In this document: positions 50,046 through 61,350 of the stretch, one piece after another
Position numbering within the stretch: the stretch's first letter is position 1
Layout: the number at the start of each line of letters is the position of its first letter
Source: Tubulanus polymorphus
Taxonomy: Eukaryota; Animalia; Nemertea
Assembly (NCBI RefSeq): GCF_964204645.1
Contig: NC_134034.1
Location: forward strand, 13,529,062-13,593,061
Length of the DNA: 64,000 nucleotides
Reading direction: 5' to 3'
Notes under the pieces: model-generated
Told to the model about the DNA's origin: nothing
Seen by the model: the letters and a program-made list of their open reading frames with translations, nothing else
Databases searched by the model: none
Translations under genes and position numbers: made by a program

Positions 50046-50677
50046 GAGGAACTGGATCTAGAGTTAAATGAAACCTACACAACTGTGAAACTGGGTGCAG
50101 GGTCTTGTAACACCCTCATCTATTGTGGATCCAGAGTCAAATTAAACCCATACAACTGTGAAACTGGGTGCAGGGTCTTGTAACACCCTCATCTATTGTG
50201 GATCCAGAGTCAAATTAAACCCATACAACTGTGAAACTGGGTGCAGGGTCTTGTAACACCCTCATCTATTGTGGAGCTGGAGTCAAATTAAACCCATACA
50301 ACTGTGAAACTGGGTGCAGGGTCTTGTAACACCCTCATCTATTGTGGAGCTGGAGTCAAATTAAACCCACACAACTGTGAAACTGGGTGCAGGGTCTTGT
50401 AACACCCTCATCTATTGTGGATCCAGAGTCAAATTAAACCCATACAACTGTGAAACTGGGTGCAGGGTCTTGTAACACCCTCATCTATTGTGGAGCTGGA
50501 GTCAAATTAAACCCACACAACTGTGAAACTGGGTGCAGGGTCTTGTAACACCCTCATCTATTGTGGATCCAGAGTCAAATTAAACCCATACAACTGTGAA
50601 ACTGGGTGCAGGGTCTTGTAACACCCTCATCTATTGTGGAGCTGGAGTCAAATTAAACCCACACAACTGTGGAACTG
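50046..50677 (+). repeat. 73-bp composite minisatellite (39-bp unit plus ~34-bp insert)
   Basis: ~8 copies of CAACTGTGAAACTGGGTGCAGGGTCTTGTAACACCCTCATCTATTGTGGATCCAGAGTCAAATTAAACCCATA. Confidence 0.92.
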
Positions 50678-51430
50678 CCATTGTACTAAACACTCCCCAA
50701 CATCTCAATCCATGAATTCACCGATCGCCAGCTACAGATTTATTGAATGAATCTTCGCTATAGCGGTTTATAGATATGAGTCATTGGAATATATAGAACA
50801 GGGGAGCAAAGTGGTTGCCTTGAGTCACACCCCTCTCTCGGGTATTAATGCACACACTGAGTTCAACTATCTATTACTCAGTCCATAGTTACCACTTCCC
50901 TACAGTATGCCATCATTTTAGATCTAACTGAGAAACGACTTTTTTATCGTATAAATATTACTCCTACTAAAGTGATTTGATCTCTTATTGTCAAAACAAA
51001 CACCAGACTCGTAAAAAGCATTTGACCCGGTTTCGTTTATGAATAGCTGCTGATTTCAAGGAGGAATCTTTTTTTGGGTCTGGTTACACAGTAGCTCGTT
51101 AGATTTGAGACTTGATTTGAGTCAATATTAGTCCATTTCCAATTATTGAAACTGATAAATAAATTCATTTTCGATTTCTTTCTAGTTATACACGTAGAAT
51201 CAATTCCTTTTTGAGTTATTACAAATTGTCAAATTGAACTGGAAGCTGGGCCCTTAAGCCAACCCCCACTAAGTCAGTCAATTATGTGTGCTAATATAGA
51301 AATTCATGAAATTCTAAAAAAAACAACATTTTATGGCCTCATAGCAATTGGGTCGGGTTGTTAGTGTGGACTTGTATCTCATCAATGCAGTGGTTGTATG
51401 TAATAGTTTCATAGACAGACATTTCGATTA

Positions 51431-52124
51431 TGCTGGGTTCACACACACGACTTTTTGAAGAGAAAATTGAGAAGTTGTCTCAACTTCTCGATTTCTCAAC
51501 TTCTGACCCGGTTAGATAAATAAACAAAGTTGTGTCAAAATGTGTGTTCACACACACAGCATAATTCACACAACTCCAGCTGGGCGTAGATGCAGCAGTG
51601 CATAGAAGGCATAGAAGGCATAGAAGGATGAACAAGAAATCGCAATTTAAGCAGAAATCAAAAAGATAATTGTGATAAAACGACTTTGGCCTATCCAGCA
51701 TCCATATGGATATATCATGCCCGGTGTTAGGGGATCCTGGTACCGCCTGACTCCAGAAATTTTAAAGAGAATTCATGAGTCTCATATATCAATTATCTGA
51801 TAGACATGCGATTGATGAGATTTAAAAGGTTTATTCTTTTATTGTAGAAATTGTAGAAATATATTGCCCTCTCTTACCAGAAAGGAAGACTATTAAAATG
51901 CGCGCGAATATACTGCATGTTGATTGGTTAGATTTCTCTCAACTCCTCGACTGAGTTGAGAGAAATAGAACATGTTCTATTTCTCTCAACTAGTCGAGAC
52001 TAGAGTTGTGTCGAGGAAAATCGAGCAACTTTTTCGTTCACACACATGACTCACTTCAAAATAGTTGTCCTCGACTGTGAGTTGCTCGATTCCTCGACGA
52101 AAAATCGTGTGTGTGAACCTAGCA
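51431..52124. mobile_element. Tourist/PIF-Harbinger-like MITE with TTA TSD
   Basis: tta|TGCTGGGTTCACACACACGACTTTT ... AAAATCGTGTGTGTGAACCTAGCA|tta. Confidence 0.75.
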
Positions 52125-52209
52125 TTACTCTCCACATAGTTGTTGGATTGTAGATAATCTGGATGAGAAGCATCTGTGCCAAAGAGTCTCTGACTCACAC
52201 AGTTACAGC

Positions 52210-52218
52210 GGCAGCAGT

Positions 52219-52279
<61 letters not shown>

Positions 52280-52285
52280 GCAGCA
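52210..52285. repeat. (CAG)n microsatellite
   Basis: ~20 pure CAG units. Confidence 0.95.
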
Positions 52286-52430
52286 GATTAAAGTAGGGAC
52301 ATTGCCTTTTATAATGGGCGAAAAATGAGTTGAATAATGGATTTATCATATCTGATGTTGTAGATCCGTATAAAAACGGTAATACAAACCTGATGATCCT
52401 CGTAATTTGAACAAACCCAGTTCAAATGTT

Positions 52431-52671
52431 TTAATACTTCCAGTGCATCTACACGGCAGTGCGGCGTATTAATCAATGAGCTTGCGAGTGCACCGCATCA
52501 TAGTGTATCGATAACATTAGTAATTAGTTATTATCTCTATTGAAAGATGGCAGCACCTGTTAAACGTAGTGAAGTAACTGACGATACATCGCACTGTGGT
52601 GGAATTTTTAAAGATTTTCAAATTACCTCCAGCACCTTTGTGTGTCGATTAGTCAGCACTGAAAGGATTAA
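52431..52671. mobile_element. piggyBac-like non-autonomous element, copy 2
   Basis: TTAA...CAGTGC and GCACTGAAAGGA-TTAA termini; homology to 49193-49468. Confidence 0.65.
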
Positions 52672-53946
52672 AGAAGAGTGTTTATCTCTGAGAAGGGAGA
52701 GATGCAGGATTCCCTCAAACAATTTTATGCCGTCCCTCGGAATCTTGTTCTAATTCTTTATTTTCCCTGAACGCGATGTGGTAATTGATACGTCTGCTGT
52801 TCGGGTTCAGTCTCCGGAGAAGTTTTCGATGTCGATACGAAATTTGTAATCGAATTATCCAGTTTTAATCGCGTGGAAGACGTTACCCTACGATCGTGAT
52901 ACAAGCCCCCCGCTCCCCCTCCCCTCGGTCTCATCTGTCTTCGTCATCTGTGACAGAATCAGTTGTTTGATGTACGATGTACGTCTTTAGTACCGATTGA
53001 TTTTAGAATGTTGCAACAGGCTCTTCCTCCTCACTTCTCGTCCTCCTCCTCTCCTCCTTCTCGTCCTCCTCAGCGGCGGTGGCTCCAATTATCGGTGCAG
53101 GCAGGGATCGATTTCGTCAAGAACCGGACTGACGGAAATTAAGATTAACGACGGAAAAAATATTACACCGAGTGCTCAATTGAATCGACAGCGTCTCGAT
53201 TCAGATTCCCGAATTGAATCATCGATTCCCGTCAAGAAGAGTATTTTTTTTTGGAAAATGATAAAATAGTTCGGTAATAAATGAATTGATCTAAAAAGTT
53301 GACTTAAAGTGTTTGAAATATTCTGGGTGGTTGCTACCACCCTTCCTTCTTCAGTTAAAAATCGTGTATCGGTTTGATTTGAGTTGGGATCCAGTAACCA
53401 CCACCAGACTCGATTTTTCATGATCAGATCTTAGATCGGTGTCTGCCGCCACCGGGATTCAATCGGGATCATTGACTACAGCAGCGGCTGATGAGAGACC
53501 ACCAGTATTTTGAAGGAGTGGCTTCCGTTAATATAGATATATGAACTTGTAATTGATCTGGACGATGTCTGGAGACCTCCTGCTGGTGCTGGTTTTTTTT
53601 CTGCCCTCCTCACCGCAGCAGCAGCAGCCGCAGCGCGGTAGCTGCTCAGAGTTCAAACAACTCGTAGAAAAGTTACTCATGAGATAAAAGTTGAATGAAT
53701 GAATGAATGAATGATGTTGGCGTGAACGCTAAAAATAAATTCATTCATAAATTTCATTGAATGTTGAGATATAGAAGTCGGTGAGTGTGCTATTGATGAT
53801 AAAACCTGCCGACTGTAGCTTATACAACATCGACTCAGAGAACTCGCATAAACCGCGTTCAGTTCGACATTTTTAACCGTTGCGTATTTCGCAGCTGGTC
53901 ACTGGTCTCAGAAAGATTTCGTTCCATTCCGAGATCAAATATCAGA

Positions 53947-54256
53947 GAAGCAGTGGCCGAGTGGTTTAACCCGCCGGACACGGGTCTCGTCAATCCGAGG
54001 ACCAGTTTCACAAAAAGGTTTGACTCTTAAATCGATTTAATTTCTTCAATAATTCAGTTTATCTGAAATCGATTTAGGCCTTAATCCTTTTCGTGAAACT
54101 GGGCCCAGGGTTTATGGGTTCAAACCCTGGTGGCGACAGAGTTTCTCGGTCGAAGGTTCTTCTCTGGTCTCTCCCCATCGGGATAAAGAAACATTGAACC
54201 CGCTTATCGAACCCTGCGTGGCGCTTAGCGGGTTGAGGGTGTTAAAAAAAATGAGA
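53947..54256 (+). mobile_element. tRNA-derived SINE interrupted by a MITE
   Basis: A-box TGGCCGAGTGG 53954-53964, B-box GGTTCAAACCC 54117-54127, 3' stem AACCCGCT/AGCGGGTT, A-tail, 10-bp TSD AAATATCAGA (53937-53946 and 54257-54266). Confidence 0.8.
53999..54105. mobile_element. MITE nested in the SINE
   Basis: TIRs GGaCCAGTTTCACaAAAAGG / CCTTTTcGTGAAACTGGGCC. Confidence 0.8.
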
Positions 54257-54838
54257 AAATATCAGAAATTTAACATTCCATAGAAATTCTGAATCGTAAA
54301 TATCACAATGACTGAATACGATCTCCTCCGTGTTTGAAAACTGCTGCAAGTTTTATTCTCTCGTTGAGATATTTTCGAGTTGTGACATTTCGAAAAGGTC
54401 ATCAGATGATGCACCGTACTAAAAACTGAGACGTCTAATATTACTACAACGAGCCTATCCCTGATTCACCCACATTGAAATCCCGAGCATCCACGCGCCA
54501 CCACCACACCCTGTTGATATTTCCCATGCGTCTGTTGAATTTAGAGTTTTTCGAAGTCTTACGTGGCTTATTCGCGGAGAAATAGAAACATTTCAAAAAA
54601 ATCAAATCGAATATCGGATTTATCAAATCGAATATCGGATTTATCTCGTAAATCGATGATTTCGACGAAGATGAAATTAATGGATTTTATCTACGGGGAT
54701 TTTCTTTGAAAATTGTGTTGGGAGTTCAGGGCTGATTGTGTGAGGCATTTACAATGATTGGGTATAGATGATTTAGCGGAACTAGGGGTGATTTAGACCG
54801 GCAATTGTTTGTTTGGAAAGTTAAGTTAGGGTTGTTTA

Positions 54839-55075
54839 ATCACGATAGGTAGAACACAATATCCGTGTTGACGCGATGAGGAGAGAATCCCACAATGATA
54901 ATAAAAAGTCCGAAAATGAAACTTCGAGATAGTAGTTTATTTCAACGTTTCGACTAAATCCTAATTATTATTCCTGAAGATGTCTATTAGGATATAGTCG
55001 AAACGTTGAAATAAACTACTATCTCGAAGTTTCATTTTCGGACTTTTTATTATCATTGTGGGATTCTCTCCTCAT
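54839..55075. mobile_element. Penelope-like retroelement remnant: inverted pLTR fragments with hammerhead-like core
   Basis: ~90-bp inverted arms at 54876-55075 (1 mismatch), CTGAAGA...GTC-GAAAC-GTT core at 54974-55007, flanking direct repeat AGGGTTGTTTA (54828-54838 and 55076-55086). Confidence 0.65.
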
Positions 55076-55680
55076 AGGGTTGTTTAGTTGAGCGGTTTGG
55101 AGATGTTTCGTAGGGGAGTTTGGAGATTTTTGGTCAGGGGGAGGGGGATGATTTGATATATAGTGTACTGTGGCAAGTGAGTTTTACCCCACCTTTTTAC
55201 ACCGATGATTTCCTATCTGAAGAGATGTGCAGTAAACCAGGTGTTTACCAGCAGTTTAACAACCACTTATCGCACCTGGTGCTAATCTGCACCTCACCTG
55301 CCACAGTCTCTTTCATACCTGCTTATACCATGTAGTCTGATTAGAAAATCAGCCTTGAGGGAAGAAGGCTATCGCTCTCTCGCGAGGCCATTCAATTAAA
55401 TACAGAATTATAGACGTTTTTGTATAAATCTGAGTTTAACCTGCCCCCACTGGGGTATTTGTTTCTATATCGGTCGTATATCAGTCTCATAAAGTGCACG
55501 TATTGTATGTATTATATTTCTATGTGTAGGACGTGTAGGAAGTTGTTCAGACAATTCTCAGATTAGTTGACCTTTCATAGACCTGATCTTTTGACTGTTT
55601 GCGTGGTGAATGACTTTACTGTTTGACCATGGACAGAGTGCATGATTTGACTCGGCACTGCTGGTCTAATTTCACTATAT

Positions 55681-55907
55681 GGATCCAGTTCCACAGTTGT
55701 GTGGGTTTTAGTTTGACTATGAATCCAGTTCCACAGTTGTGTGGGTTTTAGTTTGACTCTGAATCCAGTTCCACAGTAGTATAGATTTGATTTGACTATG
55801 GATCCAGTTCCACAGTTGTGTGGGTTTTAGTTTGACTCTGAATCCAGTTCCACAGTTGTGTGGGTTTTAGTTTGACTCTGAATCCAGTTCCACAGTTGTG
55901 TGGGTTT
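55681..55907 (-). repeat. 39-bp minisatellite array
   Basis: ~6 copies, reverse orientation. Confidence 0.92.
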
Positions 55908-58468
55908 TTCCAACTCTGTTCCTCCTAGAAATTAAAGAAACTATTTTCAGCGGTTGATGAATGAAACTGCACTCATCAAACCGTCTGACGAGTGCGTGGG
56001 CTGGGGGAAAGTGGGAAAACCCTGGTCGGTCGGCACGCCATAAATCATAACAGTTAGAAAACAATCAGTGATAAATTGGTTGATGAGATCACGTCTGCTA
56101 CTGCTGCTGAGTGATCGTGTCGAGGTGATTAGGGGAGTTTGTATATTTTTTACGCTCACTCTCGCTAGGCCGAGGCGTGTGGGTTTAGTCACCTCTCTTT
56201 ATATCCGGTCACAGGATGTGATGTCAATCACAAATTGTGATGAGGTGTCGGAAGCTTTGTATAGAATTCACTACTGGAAGTCAAGTTTTCATCGGGAGTT
56301 TAGATCTCAGCTGGATTCAGTCGGATGTTTGTCTATGCAGGATCACACTTTATTTAGCCTGAATCTTCTAACCACAGGTAATTCAATTCGATAGTGAAGC
56401 ATGAGGGGGGGCCTTGAAGGGGGGCGGGAGGGGGTTACTCTTTCTGCCCAAAGGTGCTTAAATTGAACAGGGCTTCAGACAGTTTATGTTGATGAAAGGG
56501 AGTTCAATTTTTTTTTCAAAAATTAATCTGTACATTGAAGTTGTTGGCACATTTTGTGGGTTTATCCAGTGGGTTTTTTTTGGAAAATGAAATTCCGTTA
56601 GAAATTGTCAGTTCACTGTAGAATTTTTAGGAAATCGTTACAAGCTCTAGATGATATTTGGAACTATTTTCCTGGTTCAGTTGTGATTGGACATCGCTGG
56701 GTTTCTTACAAGTGGAAATTCGATCATTAATTCGAAGGGTCGCCTTATATCCTGGTCACTTGATGAATTGCTTCAAGCACCTCCTCAGGAATTAACTACC
56801 ATTGATTGACGGGTGTTCTGAGTTGAACCCTGGTCATAAAAGTATAAACGTACTTAATTTATAATCCGCACTCATTTTGTCTATTAATCTATCTGAATGC
56901 GGATTAGGATTATCTATAGATTATCTACGAATAAACTATTTGTCAATGTTTATACACGGTTCGCGCAGATTTTTAGAATCGTCGAAATTGGATTTTCTTT
57001 TCAGTGTTCACTGAAAGAGTAATATTTACGGTGCCAACTCTTTGTTTCATGATTCTAAACTCAGTGAAATATTTACTACTCCTGTGAATTGTGAATAGTT
57101 ACTTCTCAGTCAAGAGCTCAATTATGCTCCTAGAAATATCGAAATACTTTCATAATCGGAATGATTTCCAGTATGATTTTCAATTAGGGCACTATTTTAG
57201 ATGTGAAATTGTGGTGAAAATTACTACTAAGGTAGATATTGAGGTACTCGAGGGGGAAGATAGATACTTGCGGTCAATTTTACAGTCTTTAAGCTAATTC
57301 TTAAATCGGCATTTATTTAAGTTTCGCCTTTGGACGACGTTATTATCGTTGCTGGTAAAAACGTTGAAACAACGGGTGTTTTTGGAATTCGAGGTATTTC
57401 ACAATCTGCTGCACGGCGTTTGTTCCATGTGTGAACACTTGAAGTGAATTCTCTTATCGACCACAAACATGTGAAATAGTTTCTATACGGGTTTTGATTG
57501 TGCGTTTATGTTTATGCCTTCTTAGAATTTATTTCATCTGGCACAGTTTTCTCCAGAGCTGTTTCCAGACAGGATTTGAGGAGAAAGTAGAGGAACCCCC
57601 TGTATTACAGCCTAGCCCTCACAGCTGTGGGGTTTAGGGATGTTCTTCGAGAATTTTAAAACGATTTTGCGGTTCCTCTAGCGACACCTGGTGGATCCTC
57701 ACTTGCCTCAGTTCGACTGCGCTTTTTGACTACGCTCTTCTCGGTATGCATTAGTCAATTTAATTCAATTCAATATATCTTTATTGTCCTCCGGTGACCC
57801 GGCGGTCGTAAGTCAAACTGAAAAACTAGAAACGAAAAATTATCGGAATCATCCCAAAAAAAATTATCTCTGTCCCCCGAGTTAATGAAATATATATTAC
57901 AACTTTTTCCGCGTAAAAGTCGTTAACATAAACATTTATTATCATGATAATTATGATGAATATTATCACGATTGTCGTAATGGGGCTGTAATTAGCGGAT
58001 CATATGATGACCTTACTGAAACGGATTTGTTTATTTACTTTTCCGACTAAATAGAAATTTTTATGTCCTTATACGGCTAGAGGAATGTGTCGTCTGCGTC
58101 GTTCCCCGCCGAGCAGGAATACCGCATGAATTTCGGCGTTTTCAAAGACATGAAAAACTTTCTGAAAATAATGACAAAATTTGATTTTTAGAATTAAAAA
58201 TGCGTTGATTATTGTATGATATATTCAAAGGATTGTAGAATTTTTCAGGCGCGGCAAAAACGCGTTTTTGTTTTTTTTTTTGTAACAAAACGAAAATTAA
58301 AATCTTTCGAAAATTTCAACGGCGTCCAAACTATCGAAGAGATTATTATTATAAAGAATTTAACGACCCTCCCTGGGAAGAAGTTCTTCAGTTCGACGCG
58401 GCGGCGCATAAAGAAAATCTTAGCAGCGTAGAATTTGTCGCATTATATTGAAATGAGTTCGTCGTGAA

Positions 58469-58469
<1 letters not shown>

Positions 58470-58535
<66 letters not shown>
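58470..58535. repeat. (TA)n microsatellite
   Basis: ~32 units. Confidence 0.95.
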
Positions 58536-58538
<3 letters not shown>

Positions 58539-59242
58539 CTTTTGACGACGCGAGAGTTCTGTGTGATATAGTAATAAAACTCTCGTGAAAATATTTCCTT
58601 CATTCTGCTCGGAAAATTCTCGACGAAGGAAAATATGCCGGCTATTTCATTAGTTGACTGACGCGTACATGCACGCTTATGCTTCGGTTGTTTGTTGTTT
58701 TTTTTGGTGGGCGGGCGAGTTTAATAACAACACGGTCGGATCGGTGTGCCGGATCGACAGTCCGCGGAGGTGTTAAAAAGTCATTAAACGCGAAGTTCGC
58801 TTCGAGGTGGAATCGCGGGGAATCGGGAATCGATACGAGCAGACGTCATACGTCTGCCAGAAGAGAAATCGCGAAGGGAATAAGGATTTTATTTCATTCT
58901 CAAGAAAAATGCGAAACTCGATTTCAGGTTTTTTCAAGTAGGCGGTCGTGTTTGTTGAGAAAGTTTGTTTACGTTTTTCGCGAGTAGTCGCTAGAAAGAA
59001 TCGGGAATCACTGTCGTCGCGAGTTGATTCCGAATCGGAAGGACGCGCCGAGATTTCTATACTAGTAATCTATCCGAATCAACCGCCCCGAATTTCATAT
59101 CACTCGAAAAATGGACTTTGAATTTTACGAGCGACATTCCGGTGATATTTTCTCCGAGCAATAAACAGATTTTCAGTGATTTGTGTCATTTTTTGGGCTG
59201 AGTTTTTAGACTTGGATTTATTTTCTCGCGGCACTCGACGAA

Positions 59243-59632
59243 ATGGATCCGAAAAGCGGCGATATTTTTCGCGATAGTTTGCAGGTGTTTACGAGCGGGC
59301 TGTACGACCTGACCGGTAGTTTGAATCGCGAGTTCAAGATGGCCGACGCCGACGGCAGCCACGGCGAGAATCTGAAACATTGGAAGTCGCGCGATAGTCT
59401 CGACTTGTTGGACGATGTCGCCGACCCGTCGGATGGCCCGTCGGACACGGAGGGGATATATTCGGATTTTAAACATCGTAAAGCGGTGACGTCGTCCGGA
59501 TATTTCAGCGATTGGGATACATCGTTCTCCGAGGGCGATGATGATGATGATGATGATGATGATGACGAGGAGGACGGCGAGGAACCGGATTTCCCGGATT
59601 TAGAAACTAAATTGTGGTTCAACTCGATGAAG
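59243..59632 (+). CDS. 130-codon first coding exon, probably an alternative N-terminus of the MRL-like gene
   Basis: gaaATGG start; CpG-rich, coding-like ORF (MDPKSGDIFRDSLQVF...SSGYFSDWDT...DLETKLWFNSMK); AAG|gtagga phase-0 donor, same phase as the donor at 33347. Confidence 0.65.
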
Positions 59633-59795
59633 GTAGGAGACGAACGATCTGAGATGTCGTGGTTTCGTTTTAAATAAATCTTCAAAGTCACAACTAGTAA
59701 AACATCCATCTTGAAAATATTATCTATTAGCAAGAAAAGTCGTTTGAAGGCAAAATGTCAATTTCTTGGAGGTATCTTTTCTTGAAAATTTTTAA

Positions 59796-59983
59796 TGATG
59801 TCATAGGGGGATTTCATCGAGGCAGCCATCTTTTCCGGAAGGCACAGATGATGTCATAGGGGGATTTCATCGAGGTAGCCATCTTTTCCGGAAGGCACAG
59901 ATGATGTCATAGGGGGATTTCATCGAGGTAGCCATCTTTTCCGGAGGACTCTGATGATGACACAAATCGGCGGCCATCTTTTC
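59796..59983 (+). repeat. 53-bp tandem repeat x ~3 carrying GCCATCTT (YY1-like) and CCGGAA (ETS-like) motifs
   Basis: TGATGTCATAGGGGGATTTCATCGAGGYAGCCATCTTTTCCGGAAGGCACAGA. Confidence 0.85.
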
Positions 59984-61010
59984 TTCAGGGATATATTGTT
60001 CAGAGTTTTATTGACAAATTACTAGAAAATAGCTTTAATAATTACCGAGAAATGAAATAATATCTCGATAAAAAAAGAAAAATGTATAAAGTCTATCTAT
60101 GACTCATTGAGTTGTGGTTTGATCCCCGAACGAACGGAGACCGATATCTAAAGACGAGAAGTATGACAACTTTGTTTTTGAAGTCAAACCGGTACGTATT
60201 GTGAGTCACTTGTCAAATATGTGTGATCTATTTTACTGACTGGTCTCTACAACCGATAGATAACACATCGATTGTCAACCTCTACTGAACCAAGTCGACG
60301 AGTCAAGGTTGAATTTTTTTCAATAAAATCACCGTTGAGTAATGCGAATTGCTCATCCTCGACATTTGATTTACTCGGAAATTTTTTCATATTCTAACAA
60401 GTGTTTCTGGTAGGGAACGGGGGAGGGAGGGGGGATGGGCAGCTGTATATATAAATGTATTGCTAGAATTGAAAGATTTCTGGTCGGATTTTGGTATCAA
60501 TGGAAAATTTGATTGATATGAATATTTCGCTGAATTGAGTCCTTGTACGTCAAATATGAATATTTCGCCGAATTGAGAATGAGGAAACTCAGTAGCGTTT
60601 AGATATATCACCGCATCAGTCCTATATCGAGTCATAAGAATCAGATCTTTCTAAAGTAAATTTCAGTAAAATTCACCGAGTTTTGACCAGTGCCACACGA
60701 GGAGGCGATGAATCTGCTGAAGTTTCTAGAGGCTTTTCATTCATTCACCACAAACCCGACTAGTATTCTAGGGATATGATACAAGTGGTTCCCATGTATT
60801 TCGTACTCGACTCTGAACAAACAATTAACTTAATTGCTGCCAATTAATACTTATATATTCCATATTCTATAAATAGATGTGATTTCAGGGTGTTTAATGT
60901 TATGGCGTGTGATCTGGTTTTATCAACATCTTCACTCAACACAGAAATATATTCTGATAAAAAAATTAACCGGTAGAGCTACCCCCCCCCCCCCACACAC
61001 ACACACACTG

Positions 61011-61350
61011 CAGGTTCCTCCCCTCTCCCCATACCACAGGTTCCTGCCCCCATAGGTTCCTCCCCATATCACAGGTTTCTGCCCCCCATAGGTTCCTCCC
61101 CATATCACAGGTTCCTGCCCCCATAGGTTACTCCCCTCCCCCATACCACAGGTTCCTGCCCCCCATAGGTTCCTCCCCTCCCCCATACCACAGGTTCCTG
61201 CCCCCCATAGGTTCCTCCCCCTCCCCCCATAGGGTTCCTCTCCACCCCATATCACAGGTTCCTGCCCCCCATAGGTTCCTCCCCTCCCCCATACCACAGG
61301 TTCCTGCCCCCCATAGGTTCCTCCCCCTCCCCCCATACCACAGGTTCCTG
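61011..61350. repeat. C-rich ~40-bp minisatellite
   Basis: CCATACCACAGGTTCCTGCCCCCATAGGTTCCTCCCC variants, ~8 copies. Confidence 0.9.

Noticed and set aside
53947-54135. Intron-containing tRNA gene
   Set aside because: No full cloverleaf; the interruption is a TIR element; the 3' tail and TSD indicate a SINE
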